A stretch of DNA of 64,000 bases. Source: Lytechinus pictus. Lineage: Eukaryota. The stretch's first letter is position 1. Each line of letters starts with the position of its first letter. The translations under genes were made by a program, and so were the position numbers. The notes below the pieces were generated by a model. That model was not told the DNA's origin. It was given only the letters and a program-made list of their open reading frames with translations, and made no database searches. Positions 34,944 through 49,417 of the stretch are shown here, piece by piece. Location of the stretch: NCBI RefSeq assembly GCF_037042905.1, contig NC_087256.1:11408001-11472000 (forward strand), in the 5' to 3' direction.

Positions 34944-37900
34944 TTAGTGTTTGTACATATATACATTATGTGATGAGTGTAATTTTGAGTGAGTTCACTC
35001 TGTACTTCTGAAATGCAAGAATTTGTGTCTTCTTAAAATATGAATTGAAGTAAATTATTATGTGATGGTGCTAGAGACTCGTGAGTTGTAGAAAGATCTC
35101 TACTGATATGTAAAATATGCTATTTGTTGGATAAAAATATATATTATTTGCTGAAATGGATGTATAAAGCATTGGAATCTTAAGAATAAACGCACTGAGA
35201 CACATGAAAGTGTATGTACATACAAGGTGATAGATGACCATAAGAAGCTTGTTTTGACTGAGCTTCATCGCTCTTAAGGAACTGTGTATAATCAGTATAA
35301 AATAATGTTTTATTTAGTGGGGAAACATCATCGAATGCAGATTAGTCTCAATTTATTTCTTGATTTGATTAATTTTGTTGGGAATCTTGGTCTCATCTGG
35401 CAGACAATGATGGATATTTAAAGCATAAACTAAGTTAAACCTGTCAGGGATGCTTTATTAAGTTGTTTTCAAGACTAGACCACATTTCTTTTGTTTAATG
35501 AGACACCCTAATTTCCATGCTGATTTAACAAAGTGGGGCCAAATTACATATGACCCTCATTAAATTGAACCTTTGTGTAGTGGACATTTACATGATAATT
35601 CTCCAATGCATTACTGTATGATAATTCCACCCATTATATTACAATATCATATCACTTTTGATATTTTGAAAGTGTCGGGTCAAGTGCAAGTCCCAAAATT
35701 GACAATGGAAGAACTATTCAAATTTGTATGTTCATCAAGAGTTTGGATAGAGGGTGGGAGGGGGGGGGGAGTCCACTCCTGTGTCATTAAATGAACTTTG
35801 ACCCCAAAAATGTGTTAATTAGAGCACTCTATGTTTATTATATTAGGCATTACATTTGTCAGTATTGTTTTAAGAGAGAGATTTTACCCTTCAGTATTTT
35901 ACCTTTTGAAAACACTATAGTTAAGGAATTTTCTAAGGATGTCTATGAGTTCGTCTTTTCTTAATAAAATCTTTACTAATGTATGACAATCTTAATGAGA
36001 CTCTCTATTATAATAAATTGCTTTATCTTAGATGAATTTATGCAGACCTATTAACCGTGAACATTGTAATTTATATTTACATTTTTCAGTGCAAAATACA
36101 AGAATCTTTGTTTATAGGGATGTTTTGTATAATCAGGTAAAAACGGCTTTGACTTTGGCAAATATTTGGCTTATGGAAGTCAACTCCTACAAGTTTACCT
36201 GTATTTTTTGCAATGTTGTTTATTTCTTTCTTTAGCAAATATCAATATTAGCTGATGTGAGTGAAATTAACAGAAAAGCTCACTAGACTTGAATGCCCTT
36301 GGTGTTTGTTGGTAACATTGTGCTTAATGTTTGAACAGTTTTGTAAAACTGTTGCCAAGTTTGCATATGTCTCGTCAGCAGAATACAACGTTCTTCAATG
36401 TTTCTCTCTTTCTTAAGACAGACTAATTATAGAGCATTGCAAGAAAGTTGCAACCAATGGCAAGTCAAATTCAAGTCACAAAATCAGTCACAAGTCTGGC
36501 AATTAATTCCAAATTTATACTTGATTGCTTGTCCGCTTCTTGCAACTAGTAGTAAGAATCCATTTTTTGTTGCAGTTATAATGAATATATCAATTGTAGA
36601 TTAGCTGCAGAAATTCGCAAATTGATTGCAAATATTTTCTTGCAACACCCCATTTCTTGGTGACCACTCTAGACAAAAGATCTAACTTGCTAGGTTTCAT
36701 CGTATAGCTAACAGTATCGGTTTTAGGTGCTTTTTTTTAAATTCACTCTTACCCCTTTGTCACCAGTAATCGATGCAAGTTTTGATTTGCCTTGGATCAA
36801 ACTAATCTGCTGCTCATCATTGTGCTGTCTTGCAATGATTATCATTCCATATGTTATTTCATTCATCAATCACACACCTTAACGACACTTTCACTTTCCA
36901 AAGATGAATACTTGTTTCATCTTTTCACGTTTGCGTTGAGTACGTGGGTGACTCGATAGCAGTGACCAGTCTATTGGAAAGGAATGTTATATAAGTCTTA
37001 TTTCTATAACATGTTAGAAACTATTATTGTTCGGGAAATTCCATAAGTATGTGATCTCATGTCTTTATATTTTACTCACCCCCCCCCCTCTCTCTCTTTA
37101 ATCTTAAACAAGAAAAATTCACAGTGCCATACATTCTCAAGAATATTGCAGATTAAGTAGACTATAAAATGCCTGGAAGCATTATTGTACAGGTAGATTA
37201 AGCCATGATATGTGTTTAAAAAAGGTATGAATAAATTAAATTGTCACTCACCTTTAAGTTTTAACTTTCTTTACATGCTAAAAAGTGCAAGTAACTTTAT
37301 ATTTTGTGCAGCTACATATTGTTAGAATTATTATTGATGCTTTTGTCTCCTTTGTCTCAAGGATAATGAAATGTTACAGACAAATTATTATCAGAGGACT
37401 TTTAAAGTTTCACATTCTTCATGGCTTAGAACATTTATTTAGCATCTGAAATAACATTACATTTCTTGCTTATAATATTTTCTCTTATTTTTCTCTCATT
37501 TTTTCCCCTAGACTTACACCAATCATAATTTTTTGGAGATTTTCATTAACAGTTATATCTTGCCTGGGAAATAGCTTATCTAAAATTGCACCCACTGATT
37601 AATTTTCCTTTGAAGCTCGACAGTACAACTGTGTGTAAGAATGAGAAGGGACAAAATTGAATCAAAATTATGTAATTAATAGTTATATGAATTATATCAT
37701 TGTAATAATCATAGTGATGATTATGATAAACATTAATATATCCCATAACATCTATAAAGATGTATAGGCCTACTCAAATATTGAGGAGGAATAGTAGAAA
37801 TGAAAACCAGTTTAGGGAGATGGCTGTAGTATTGGTCACTACCCTTTTGTGTTTATTTTTGTGTGGTTTTCAGATAACCTTGGTGGTAGATAATTATGTT

Positions 37901-40162
37901 CAGTGACAAAAGATTTTTTCAATTTTTAGTATCAGATATGAAAATTGAAACTTTTTGATCAAGATCAATTAAATTCACCTCATGAATATCCCATTGTAAG
38001 AAAAATGAAGATTTTCACATATTTTTTCACATAGTAAGTTAGTTATGGCCTGTTTGCTTAACTCACTTGCATATTTCTGAATTCATTATGCATGTTTATA
38101 TGCCCCTCCGCCCACTTTAAAAAGAGAGATGTAAAGAAAAAAAATCACATATTTTTAATGTGATGATATGAGGGTCGATTTTGTGAAAATTCAGCATGCT
38201 TTTTATTGACTTTTGTTTATGTTAGATTTGACTATACATTTTATGATGCATGTTCCAAGAGAGGAAGGTCTGATCATAATGACCCAGGTTTAATCTTAAA
38301 TGTGTTCTAAAGTTGTGGTTTAACTATGGAAAGCCAATTGCAACATATCTAACAGCAGGAGTTCAATTTATCAGCTTATTTAACACTCAAATCATTCTGA
38401 ACTGTCTGGGAATGGTAAATGGTAAATAAGTTTTCTTCACAATTGAAGGATGAGGAGAAAAAAAAGAAACATACACATTTAACAAAATTTTGGCATGGGT
38501 GAAATCTTGGGGGCATGCTCTATTACACAGTAATCAATGAGTATGCTTAATATTTGTGTGTTGACACTTACAGAATTACTTTTTAGTCAGACTTACGTGT
38601 AATTCTTTGGGTTTTTTTTTTTTTTTTTTGTAAAACACCTCATGACAGTAATCTAACTTGGGATTAGTCTATGCTTTATATTCTATCCAACCTACGTATC
38701 ATTTTAAATCATCGTTTTAATTTGTGGAACCATAAATGGCTGCTTACTCAATCATGTGTCATTTTTATTGACTTGCCTGGTAATATGTGTAATCTTATAT
38801 ACTTTATGTCATCTCATATTTTTTAATGAATTTATTGTCCTCAGGAGTGCTAAGTTATAATGTATTTCATTATGTACATGTATTATATTATGTAACATAC
38901 ACATCATTGTATAAATTATATTGTTTTTTCTGATTTACATATTAATCAAAGACTGTGAAAGATTTAAAAAATGAAAGCTATTTTTATGAGAATCATACTT
39001 AGGGAAGACACGTGATCTTACCTATTTTGCCATGATATATATGTAGATAATTTGTATTTATTTAAAAGCAAATGCAATGGCCATGTATATTATCACTGAA
39101 GTTTATGATATTCCTTTTGACTTTTTTGGGTGCATGATTCTTTTTATTTTTAATTTGAGTACTCTTTTTTGCTTGATGGACATTATTTTTCGAGAAAAAC
39201 AGCTGCAATATACAAATTGGCAGCAGCGAAATATATGTAAATTATGGCTTTGTATATAGCATTCTTTGACTCTTCATCGTTATTATACCTGTATGTTGGT
39301 CAGGATGACCACATTACATCCATAGTTATGTGCAACAAAATTAGGACAGGTCGTAGTGTTTTTGTGATAAAAGATGAATGAATGCTGTAATGATTGATGG
39401 TACTCTTATGCTCAGATGAAATGATATTTCATTTCATAAATCTCAAATTGGCTTCTAAGAGCAAGGTTTTACCTAATTGTGGCTAACTTTGCTTTCATAG
39501 AGAAGCTGATGTCTCATTAGAATTAATATAGAAATAGATGGAATGTGCTAAACATATACAGTTTCTATTATTTTCTTTCTCTCTTTGATTCTTTTGTTGT
39601 TTGGTCCTATGATTACACTCCTCTGTGAATTTCCCTCCCTCAGAAAGTCAGAAATGTGTTACAGTTCATAACCTGAATTGACCCTACGATCATTGCATCC
39701 TCTGACTTTTGGAGGCTTACGTAGTCATAACACAGTTTGGTATGGAAAATATGGAAGTTCAAACATTTACTCGGCTATGAAAGTGACTACACACATGTTT
39801 TTGTAATACAGGTCCATTGTACAGATTGTAAGAAATGACCTGGAAAATAATGTGTAGGGACCAAAGTTTCTCTCGGGATATGTCAAAACGTGGAGGAATA
39901 AACTTAGAATGCCTCAGTCGTCTAAAGTGCCAATGTTTTCTTCTTGATGTATATCATATTGTTGAATTACCGTATACTCAACACTACATTTAAAATTTTA
40001 TTCGAAACTTACTTGATTCGTGATTATCAAGAGTCCTGAGGATCGTTGTGTCAAATGATGTATTCTTCAAATGCCCCTGTTTGATGTCATTATTCAAAGT
40101 TTACCTAAATCTTTACAAACTAGTTGTTAGAATCAGTATGCAAAAAGTGAAAGGTTAATCAT

Positions 40163-40310
40163 TAGGGATGTGGTCAAGGCCGGCCTCGGGGACCCATATA
40201 TCGCCGGCCTTGTCCTTAGTGTCAGCCTGTGTCACATGAACATATTCTGTGGAAGAAGTTTTCTCTAGCAGCCTGGTAACTGGAACTGCCGGCCTTGATT
40301 TACATCCCTG
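40163..40310. mobile_element. Small hAT-like MITE
   Basis: TAGGGATGT..TCAAGGCCGGC ... GCCGGCCTTGA..ACATCCCTG. The 8-bp TSD is degenerate. Confidence 0.55.
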
Positions 40311-40624
40311 TTTATCGGTTTAAATCATTTCTGTCAAAAGTCCTTTTTTTTGTCCTTTGAGAAGACAGAATAAACCTGAAAGCTTTTCATTGTCAAAGTA
40401 TGACTCTCTCAACATTTCTTCCCATTTGTTGAATTTTTTGAAGGAAAGTCATGGGGCCTGCTAATTTGCCACTAGTTTAATTGAATCTCAAACTAGAATT
40501 AGGAAATTATGGCTCTGGAATGTAAAGCTGCACTAACTCTGACCAAATCAGTCTATTGGGCAACTGCTGGAAGAAATGATGAAATCATGAATAATTATGC
40601 ATTTCAGATACTAGTACTTGAAAG

Positions 40625-41150
40625 TAATAATAATAATAATTAACATCATTTATATAGCGCTTATCACAAAGAATGTCTCTAAGCGCTTAAGGAAAATAAA
40701 TAGAAAGACAAGAAATTTCAGCTAAAGTTAAATTATACATGTTGACAGTTGAAAGTAGACAGTTGAAGCTGCATATGCTAAGGACGATCTATTTAACGAA
40801 AAGGTGAGTTTTTAACATAGATTTGAATTTGTCAGTTGAGTCTGCTTGTTTTATGCTCTGAGGTAGGTTGTTCCAAAGCTGAGGGGATGCTAAATAAAAA
40901 GATCAGGAACCATAAGACTGGGTGTTGATGGCAGGAACTTCTAAGAGTGATTTTTTGCATGAGCGCAAGTTGCGGGAGGGTGAGTATTCTGATATTAACT
41001 GTTGAAGATAGACTGGAGCTGATTTTATCAAACATTCGAAAGTAAGCAAGAGGATCTTAAAATCAATTCGTTCACAAACCCTTAGCATATGAAGCTCCCT
41101 TAGTTGATAACATCCTGTGAAAAAGGAGTCTGCTCTAAATTTCAACATGC
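40625..41150 (-). mobile_element. 3' fragment of an L2-type LINE
   Basis: LHMLRVCERIDFKILLLTFECL..APVYLQQLISEYSPSRNLRS resembles the post-RT motif of L2 ORF2. Minus-strand tail AAGCGCTTAGAGAC...GATAAGCGCTATATAAAT..(TAT)n. Confidence 0.8.
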
Positions 41151-42554
41151 AATCAAAAGCATATAAGAAAATTTACCATTTGCCATTATCATTGATGTTA
41201 TTGTATATTCTTGAGGGTGATGATAGGTGATTATCATTCGTTTTTGCTATGGCTTGTATTACACTTCAGACTTACTCAGCTTTTGTGCAATAAAATGTCA
41301 CAATATACAGTAGCTGAAATAGACACGACAATCATAATTGCATGTCTATATGCCACACTAACTGCTATAAGATTATGCCCTTTGTGTCATGTTCACGTTT
41401 ACTGATAACATTGTGAACACGGTAACAGTCATTAAATTTGTTTAAAAATATATGAATCATCTAAAGAGGAAACATGTTTATATACATTGGTCACCATTTA
41501 TGTGAAAATCAAATCAGAAAACATATTTACACCAACGCCTGTTTTTAACCGCTGACTGATGATAATGATGGAGATGCTTCTGCCCCCCCCCCCCCACCTT
41601 TCGAAAATTTAATAGACTGATTTTTAAAAATGAATAAATCATGCATTATGAAGAAATCAAACGTAAATAAACCACAGATTTTGTATCCAATAACCTGATC
41701 ATTTTTTTTAATCTTATTCTTTTATGCTCATTGAGGTTAATATTGAACCTTCCAAACTTTGTTAAAAACCAATATCAGTTCTCATGTCGCTTCAATTTTC
41801 ATAATTATGAAATATGTCTTCTTATTTCTTCTTCTGCTTTCCTTTCTAATATCCAGATTAAAAACGAACCCAAATTTTCAATTGTCTTTTTTGGCATGAT
41901 TGCCTTTTGTCTTATTTTTGGTAAATACAAAAAAAATATATTACTGCAAATAACTTACAATCTATATATCTTTACTTTTCCCAGAATCACCATGTATAAT
42001 TCATTTTGGGTGATATTGTATCAATGATGTATCGGTTATTTTGCTTTGTGAAAAAAAAAAGATTTATCCAATGTGTGTGTCGAATTGAATCAATGAACTC
42101 AGAAACATATTAGAATGTTGTCATGAGACACCAATACTTTGAAAAGAAGCAAATTTTTTAACATTTCATTGCATACAATGTACAATCAATTGTGAAAATC
42201 AAGCGTACGATTATTCGCTAACTTTTGTTTTAAGAGACCCAGATAGGAGCATGCCCATTCTCGTTGTGAATCTCTCAGATAATGTTATTAAAGTTTGCTT
42301 ATATCAGGTGTTGTTTTGAAATATTATGTGTGTCGTAGTTGGTGATATGATGTAACCTTTATTGATATGTAATTATAAAAGAAGAGCTAAATTAAAGTCA
42401 ATTTATCAATATGTTCTGTGTATTCTAGTTTTATTTTATACATATTTTTCACGATAGAGTGTTAAAAGCTGCTGTATTCCATCCATCCCACCCCCCCCCC
42501 CTTTCCCTCTTTCTTACCATGTACACTGGTATTTTCTTCTCTCCCTCCCTCTTA

Positions 42555-42798
42555 CACTGTAAAAACTGCGGTGTTAAAACTGACACCAGTTGGTGTTAAT
42601 AGAGGACCACACCCCGAGGTGTTAAAATTACACCCTAGAGATTAAAAATAACACCAAAGCGTGTAAATGTAACAACCAAAGGTGTTGTAATGACACCTAT
42701 AGGTGTAAAACTAACACCACCAATTCAACACCGGTGTAAAATAAAATAACTGGTGTGGTCCTCTATGTACACCTGTTAACACCACATTTTTTGCTGTG
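42555..42798. mobile_element. EnSpm/CACTA-like MITE
   Basis: TA|CACTGTAAAAA ... TTTTTGCTGTG|TA with many internal AACACC/GGTGTT subterminal repeats. Confidence 0.75.
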
Positions 42799-43440
42799 TA
42801 TGGTATCATTGAAGCATCCAAGAAAGATAAATTGATGAAGAAACAAAATAAAAGGAGAGAGTGGTTGAGAAATGCTAGAAGGTAAAAACTGAAAGGCGTA
42901 GATTATGAGCAGTTAAAAAGAGAATGGACAGAAAAGGAAAGAGGAATTTTTTTTTTTTTTGGGGGGGGTTAATGAGAAAAAAGCTGAAACGAATAAGAAG
43001 CAGGGAAGGAACAATGGGTCGGCATTTTAATACTGCACACAATGTTAGCACTACTAAATACAAGACATCCTCTTTATTTGCAAGGGATATATTCCATATA
43101 GGTCCTCTCAAATGTACGTTATTGAAAATCGAAGAAATTATTTTGTATGCATTTCTTCTTTTTTCTTTCAATCTTCCCTTGTTTTTTTTTTCTTTCTCTG
43201 TTTCTTTCTTTTTTCTTTCTTTTTACTTATTTTTTTTTTTTATAAATTATCATTCATTCATTTAATTTATTTATATAATCTCTCTCTATCAATCTCTCCT
43301 TCCCCTCCCCGTGCCCCTTCTCTCTCTCCGGGTAAATAAGTTCAAGGATAATAAAACCCTCGGAAGAAGGTAAATTGAATGAAAACAGATGAACAAAAGA
43401 TATAAATATATTGAAACTGTTAGAATTTTTTTTAATTCCT

Positions 43441-44790
43441 TTCATTTTCATTTCATTTATTTTCCATTTCCAACAATCATTGAAAATAAGTTTTGTTACG
43501 TATATCTTGATATATCAATAAAACAAGGAAACTTTATATGTGTAATAATCAAGATAACCATACTATCAGGTCGGAAACGGAGTAAGCTGCTAAAAAGCAA
43601 AGCTTGTATAGAATGCAGCCTCCTATTAAATATTAGTATAATCAATGTAAACAAAACACAAATACAACATGGTAGAAATTTGAGTATGAATCCAGTTGAA
43701 TGTATAGTTTTTAATTTTTTTTTTAAGAAAGAAAGAGAAAATGAAAAAAAAAGCGAGATTGATAGTCTTCAGATTCTTGTCTCGGCACTCACAGCGAATA
43801 TTACGGATCAACAGGAAAACAAAAAAAATCATAAGCCACGGTTCGTAATGCTGAGTAATTAAAACAAATTGAAAAAAATATATTGTATGAGTGACGAAGA
43901 GTTAAAAAAAACCAACGAGTATCTTGGAGAAACTTTTTAAATGTAAATTTAAAAGAATTTAGGCTTGGGGGATCTTTGATAGTATTATTAAGAGTGCCCC
44001 AAAGTCGAGGGCCTTAGAAAGAAAATATTGATTTGGCAAGAATTGTCCGGGGTAGAGGTAAATGAAATTCATCGGATTGACGTGTAGGGTATTTATGGAT
44101 AGCTTTGTCTTTGTTAAATGAAGAATCAAAGATTGATGGTTTAACTGATACATGAATTGACCCAAGTTATAGTGATATAATGTTTTTACTTTTAAAATTT
44201 TATTGTCGATAAATAATTGGTCTGTATGTGATCTCCAAGACATATTAAAAATAACATGCAACGCCTTTTTCTGTAAAAGTAATATTCTTTCTAGGTATGA
44301 AATGTATGTGTATTTCTCCAGACAATATTCCCGTAGTTTAAATAGGGTAAAATTAATGTTGAATAAAGCATTTTTAGGGAGGAAGTTGGAAGAAAAAAAA
44401 TGACCTTATTAATAACACCAATATTACGTGAAATTGTACGGTATATAGAATCAATGAGTGTTTTTTGAGATAAATTGTTGTTTACTATCAGACCTAAAAT
44501 TTTGTTCAATGTCAGTATTGTCCAATTTGATATCGTATGGTAATTTATCTAAAGAATTGCTGAAAAGCATACATTTCGTTTTGTGTACATTGATTGACAA
44601 CTTATTAGACCTTATCCATTGTACTAGCTTATCCAGTTCAATGTTAAATACATTGACTAAAATATCGGGATTAGGATGAGAGTAAAGTACATTTGAATCA
44701 TCTGCAAAAATAATATAAGATAACATTTTCGAAGAGTTATGGATGTCATTTATATAGATTGAAAATAAAAGTGGGCCCAGTATAAACTGC
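43441..44790 (-). mobile_element. Degenerate 5'-truncated LINE (L2/CR1 group)
   Basis: Frameshifted ORFs: ILGPLLFSIYIND..IFADDSN..WIRSNKLSINVHKTKCMLF; LYSTLILPYLNYG. Minus-strand 3' tail AATAAATGAAATGAAAATGAAA. Confidence 0.85.
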
Positions 44791-47639
44791 ATAAGAAAGT
44801 TATGACCATTTCAATACAATGTTGATTTCACTAATAAGATGGACATTGTCATTTTTAAATCTACAATAGATCAGGTGGGTTTTTTTGTTGTTGAGGGAGG
44901 ACGTGTAATAGGTTTTTTCATAAAATATATCATGGACAAAAGGTTTTTGAAATCATGAAAATGAGCAAAAATAAATGTTTTCAGTGTGCAAACATGGTAA
45001 ATCGGAGATTCGTACATGTGTGACATTACAATTAATTATTCTTGGTCACAATGCCGATGGGATGATCTCCATATAGCATTCGTGACTTCAACATTCAAAT
45101 GCTTATATAGCTTCCTTATTATTTGACGAATGATAAAACTTTCGTAGATCTTATTTTTTGTTTTTTCTGTTTTCAGTTCCAAGGGTTTCATTCATATTTT
45201 TTAACTAAAAAACTATAATGTATTCATATCCCAAATTATGGACCCCTCTTCCCCCTAAACTTAAAAACAGTTTATCAACGTCAGTACAAAGAAATTCTGT
45301 TAACAGCGTTCACACCCAATAACAAAATGTCTGTGTTTGCCCTTCTCCTATACACTTATTCTTACTAATTTCACCTGTCGATTTTCTGTGACCCTCCACA
45401 TACGCTAGTCCTTTACCCTTTTCTATCATTTTTTTAGAAAGGCAAACACTTCATTTTAACTTTGTTAATGTTTGTTTTTCCCTTGTATGCTTTTGTCTTT
45501 GTACGTTCTATTTTGTATCCCTTCTTTTTCTTTCTTTATCTGTTTACTGGGCTGGAACTTCCAAGATCCAACAGATATTTAATTCCAGTCCACACTCGGC
45601 GAAGCCTGTTTTGTACATTATTTACTTTATTATCATTTTCGTTACTCTGTTTTGTTTTTTCTTGCCATTATGTATTTGTTATTTACCTGTATATATGTTA
45701 TTTTTATCGAGTGAAATAAAAATGAATTGAATTATTCCCCTCGACCTTTTCCTTTTGTCCTTTTGTATATAGGCCTACTGCACCATCTATTAAACGTGTC
45801 ATTGTATTAGAATAGGCCTACTTCAACTTCATTCTATACGACTATCCCCCCCCCCCAAAAAAAAAAAAGGAAAACAACTTTTAGCTCTCCCAGTAGCTAA
45901 TCGAGGAAGATTTTTGATGAAACATGTCGCCGCCCCCCCCCCCCCTTCCCACATTGGACATTGCTGTATCCGCCTCTGCCTATTATACATGCATACTTGT
46001 ATAAGCCTGCATGTGAAGTGGGCCTCATCCGGTATATGCTACGAAGCTCTACGGAAAATAAAAAGATGGATTGAGTTGATTTTTCCCCTCATATTTAAAA
46101 AAATGAATAATAGTAATAATAGGATATAGGATATTTATTTAGTTCTCTATATGCGTTTTACAATTCTACGAATAAACATAATAATATACAAGACAGTAAA
46201 AATTGTAGTGAATGAGAATATTCATTGCCCTTGAGGATTCGAGTATTATCCTAGAGAGGCTGGGTGCTATTGTAGAGAACCCCTAAGATTTTCTTGGGGG
46301 GCTGCGTCCATTGGCAGCACCCCCTGGAATTCTGATAGGTGTGGCAAAATGGAGAAATATTACCCAAATAACCTTCATTTTGGAGACCCCCCCCCCTTTT
46401 TTTTTGGGGGGGGGGGGGGCTTGTCAAATTTCTCTGGACCAAAATGACCTTCATTTTGTAGTGAAAAACTTTTCCTTTTTTTTGGGGGGGGGGAGGGGGC
46501 TTTTCAAATTTACATCAGCACCCCCTGTGAAAAAAAATTCACAGGGCCCTGACAAGGTAGGCCCTACCTAGCGTGTCAAAATTCATGAAACGTAATAAAC
46601 TTGCCCCGATCTAAATGCCTGCTGTCATTTTTGCCGAGGTATATAAAAATGCATGTAAAGCTTTATAGGAAGCAAAACATGTGCGTATTTCAGATACTTT
46701 AAATATAATCTCGTTTTTTTTCTTCATTCCATTGAACTTAAGTGTGATGTGATCTCATGGGACGCAGACTAAACATGTTAAATGATACCCCAAATGACAC
46801 ATAACTATATAATTATGATATTGTATTATTGGTTATAAAGAATGGGGAAAATATGACAAAGTCGGCTTCCTATATAAGGACTCACTGGCACCCTTAGTAT
46901 CGGTGACACGACATAATTATTATGCTCGTGCAACATAGGGTTAGAGTTAGGATTGTAATAGACTTTTTGGTTCAGAATAATGTAAAGATTATGATTAGGA
47001 TTAATTTAGTTTGGGAGATTAGGTTTTATGGTTGGTTTCTTACATGAAGTCTCGTGCGCCTATATAGCTTGGTCCCACGCCTGTCATAATTGCATGGACC
47101 CCCGGTCAAGAAGAAAGATCATGGATAAAATTGAAAGAACTTGAGAATGAGAACACATTGAAACAACGATTTTGTTTGGTCTGTTCTATAATTTCTGTAA
47201 AATCTTCACACCTCTTAAATTCATTCATTCATTTATTTAGTATTACAGAGACTCTTTGTAACAACGAGTATCATGGATGATACCGGGGTGATATAGCTTG
47301 CCCGAAGACTAGGAGCCGACCAATCGTTTTTATTATACATGTAAATGATAAAACAAATACCAAACTTGCAGAACACCGTTCTTGATAGGATTAGAAATCT
47401 ATATAATGACATAACATATTATTTATTGTAATGTTACAATGACACATGAGCCGACCTCTTGCCCTATATTATGTGACAAGTCAGATCAGTTGAAAAAAAA
47501 CAGAGAGCAAAAAACTCTGAAAAACTGTGAGAGACTTTTGCAAAATCCCCCTCTAAATCTGTTTATCAGAGTACCATAAACTGTAAGAGTTTGAACACTT
47601 TCGCTTTGCAAATGAAATTTCAAATTCTGTATGTTTGTC

Positions 47640-48330
47640 GTGATCTGACGAGAGAACAAGCAGCTAGAATGATACCTTACCGCTCATTATCCTTTCTTTC
47701 CGCGCTCCAATGCACCAATGCACTTTTAATTACATTCCACGGAGGCTTCGAACCCCATGCAGGGTTTCGAACCCTATTGACTATGTATTCCTGCAAAGTA
47801 TACGAACATTAACGAAATAAACAACATTTACCTGTAACTTATACAACCGTAACGCAGATATATTACTGCGGTTTAAATTGTTTCATAAATGCATTTCAGC
47901 TTGCTGCCATCTTGTGTCCATAATTGTCCATCTTCTGCTGCATCCATCGATATACGAGAAGAACCTGTCCCCCCTGTATGTTACGTTATTTGTACCTCCG
48001 CCGTTATCAATAATTTTATTCGAATATAAAAATAAAAATTGAAAGAAAAAAGACTTTATAAGTGATTGTATTGATATCTTTTATATTACATAGTTACATA
48101 TTTTATCGTCAGTTATTCTCTCATACTCATTGTTATCATAATTTTAGCCCGAGATATGTTGGTGATGTGGGAGTAAACTCGATAAATAGAATATCCAATT
48201 TATAGCCATCAGTTCTCTGCACAACGTTAACTACTGTGTGCATGTATGTCTGCTGCAGGTTCTGTCGCCTAGAATTGTGAATTTCGGATACTTTCGGCGA
48301 CTGTGCCTGTGGGATAATAAGCAAGGGTAG
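47640..48330 (+). promoter_or_regulatory. Putative promoter and first non-coding exon of a second plus-strand transcription unit
   Basis: Locally CpG-richer. Tandem CCAAT (47707-47723), YY1-like GCCATCTTG (47906-47914), and a strong donor TAG|GTGAGT at 48330/48331. Minus-strand donor-like sites near 47831 and 47677 hint at bidirectionality. Confidence 0.4.
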
Positions 48331-48874
48331 GTGAGTAATGATCTTAACAGCTTGTTGCTTTATATGTTACTTTTTAAAAAACCTTGTAAGATATATGTTG
48401 CTCTTGTGTCATTTCTGTTCACAATCGGTGATCGCCCTGTGCCCGTTTTCTCGGCATCGCACAGTGTACTGACCTTGGATTTGAAATTGACTTAAGCCAG
48501 CGCCCCTCTTTATGTTCGCATGCATGCACACAAATCTGTTTTAAATTCAGGATCGAAAGAAGTTATAATGTGAAAATATGTTTTATGATCTAACGGTTAT
48601 TGTGACCATCAGTTATACTCGGGCTTTAAATTAAAAATACCTGGCCCAGCTGGTACTGTACTACTGGTGTTGGTGTAAATTAGATCTAGATTCTAGTACA
48701 AGTATGTGCTATTTTGCAATTGTCTCACTCTCAGACTTTCTTAATCTTTTCAGTTTCACTGTAGGCCTAATGTTAACGCATCTAACTTAGATGTAACGAG
48801 TTAGATCTATGATAGTATGAGCATCATCATCACATCACATCGGTCTTCTTCGATTTTCTGGTCTTTTCGATTAC

Positions 48875-49230
48875 TTTTTGAAATCTTGAAGGAATCCCAA
48901 CCAATTTGATATCATTGGAAAGCTTGTGAAATAAGATTATTAAAATGAATAGTGCTTCAATCAACTCATTGTCTGATAACTAGGCCTATAGTATTGACGG
49001 AGATATTCCAATTTACAGGGGAAAATATGCAGATTTTATTCTGTCAAAAAAGGCTTGTTTGAGTGGGGAGAGACAGTGGCTTTTTGAAATCGTGAAGGAA
49101 TCTCAACAAATTTGGTACCATTATTAGAAAGCTTGTGAAATAAGAAAAAGAATGGTGCTTAAATTAACTCATGATGTCAAATATTGACAGAGATATTCCT
49201 GCTTAAAGGGGAGAATGTGCAGATTTTTTA
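48875..49230. repeat. About 206-bp diverged tandem duplication (TE-derived)
   Basis: TTTTTGAAATC.TGAAGGAATC.CAAC..ATTTG.TA.CATT..GAAAGCTTGTGAAATAAGA occurs at 48875 and 49081. Confidence 0.7.
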
Positions 49231-49417
49231 CAGCAAAAGTAGATTTTCATAACTTACACAAAATACAATGAATGGGACTGTGTGATCCTTTTTTTTAAGT
49301 GCAATGCGCTGCTATGTGAGGCAAGGCATGCCCTTGAATTATACATCATTTTATTCATTAAATGTGGGTGCACAGACAGCTACAAATTCTGAAAGTGGCA
49401 TTTCACCGAACTCCCTA

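Larger units (their letters stand above)
33526..40375 (+). other. Candidate long 3' UTR of RhoBTB (end uncertain)
   Basis: AT-rich non-coding sequence after the stop codon with several AATAAA hexamers (e.g. near 35185, 36012, 37230, 39896, 40369). The true cleavage site cannot be determined from sequence. Confidence 0.3.
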
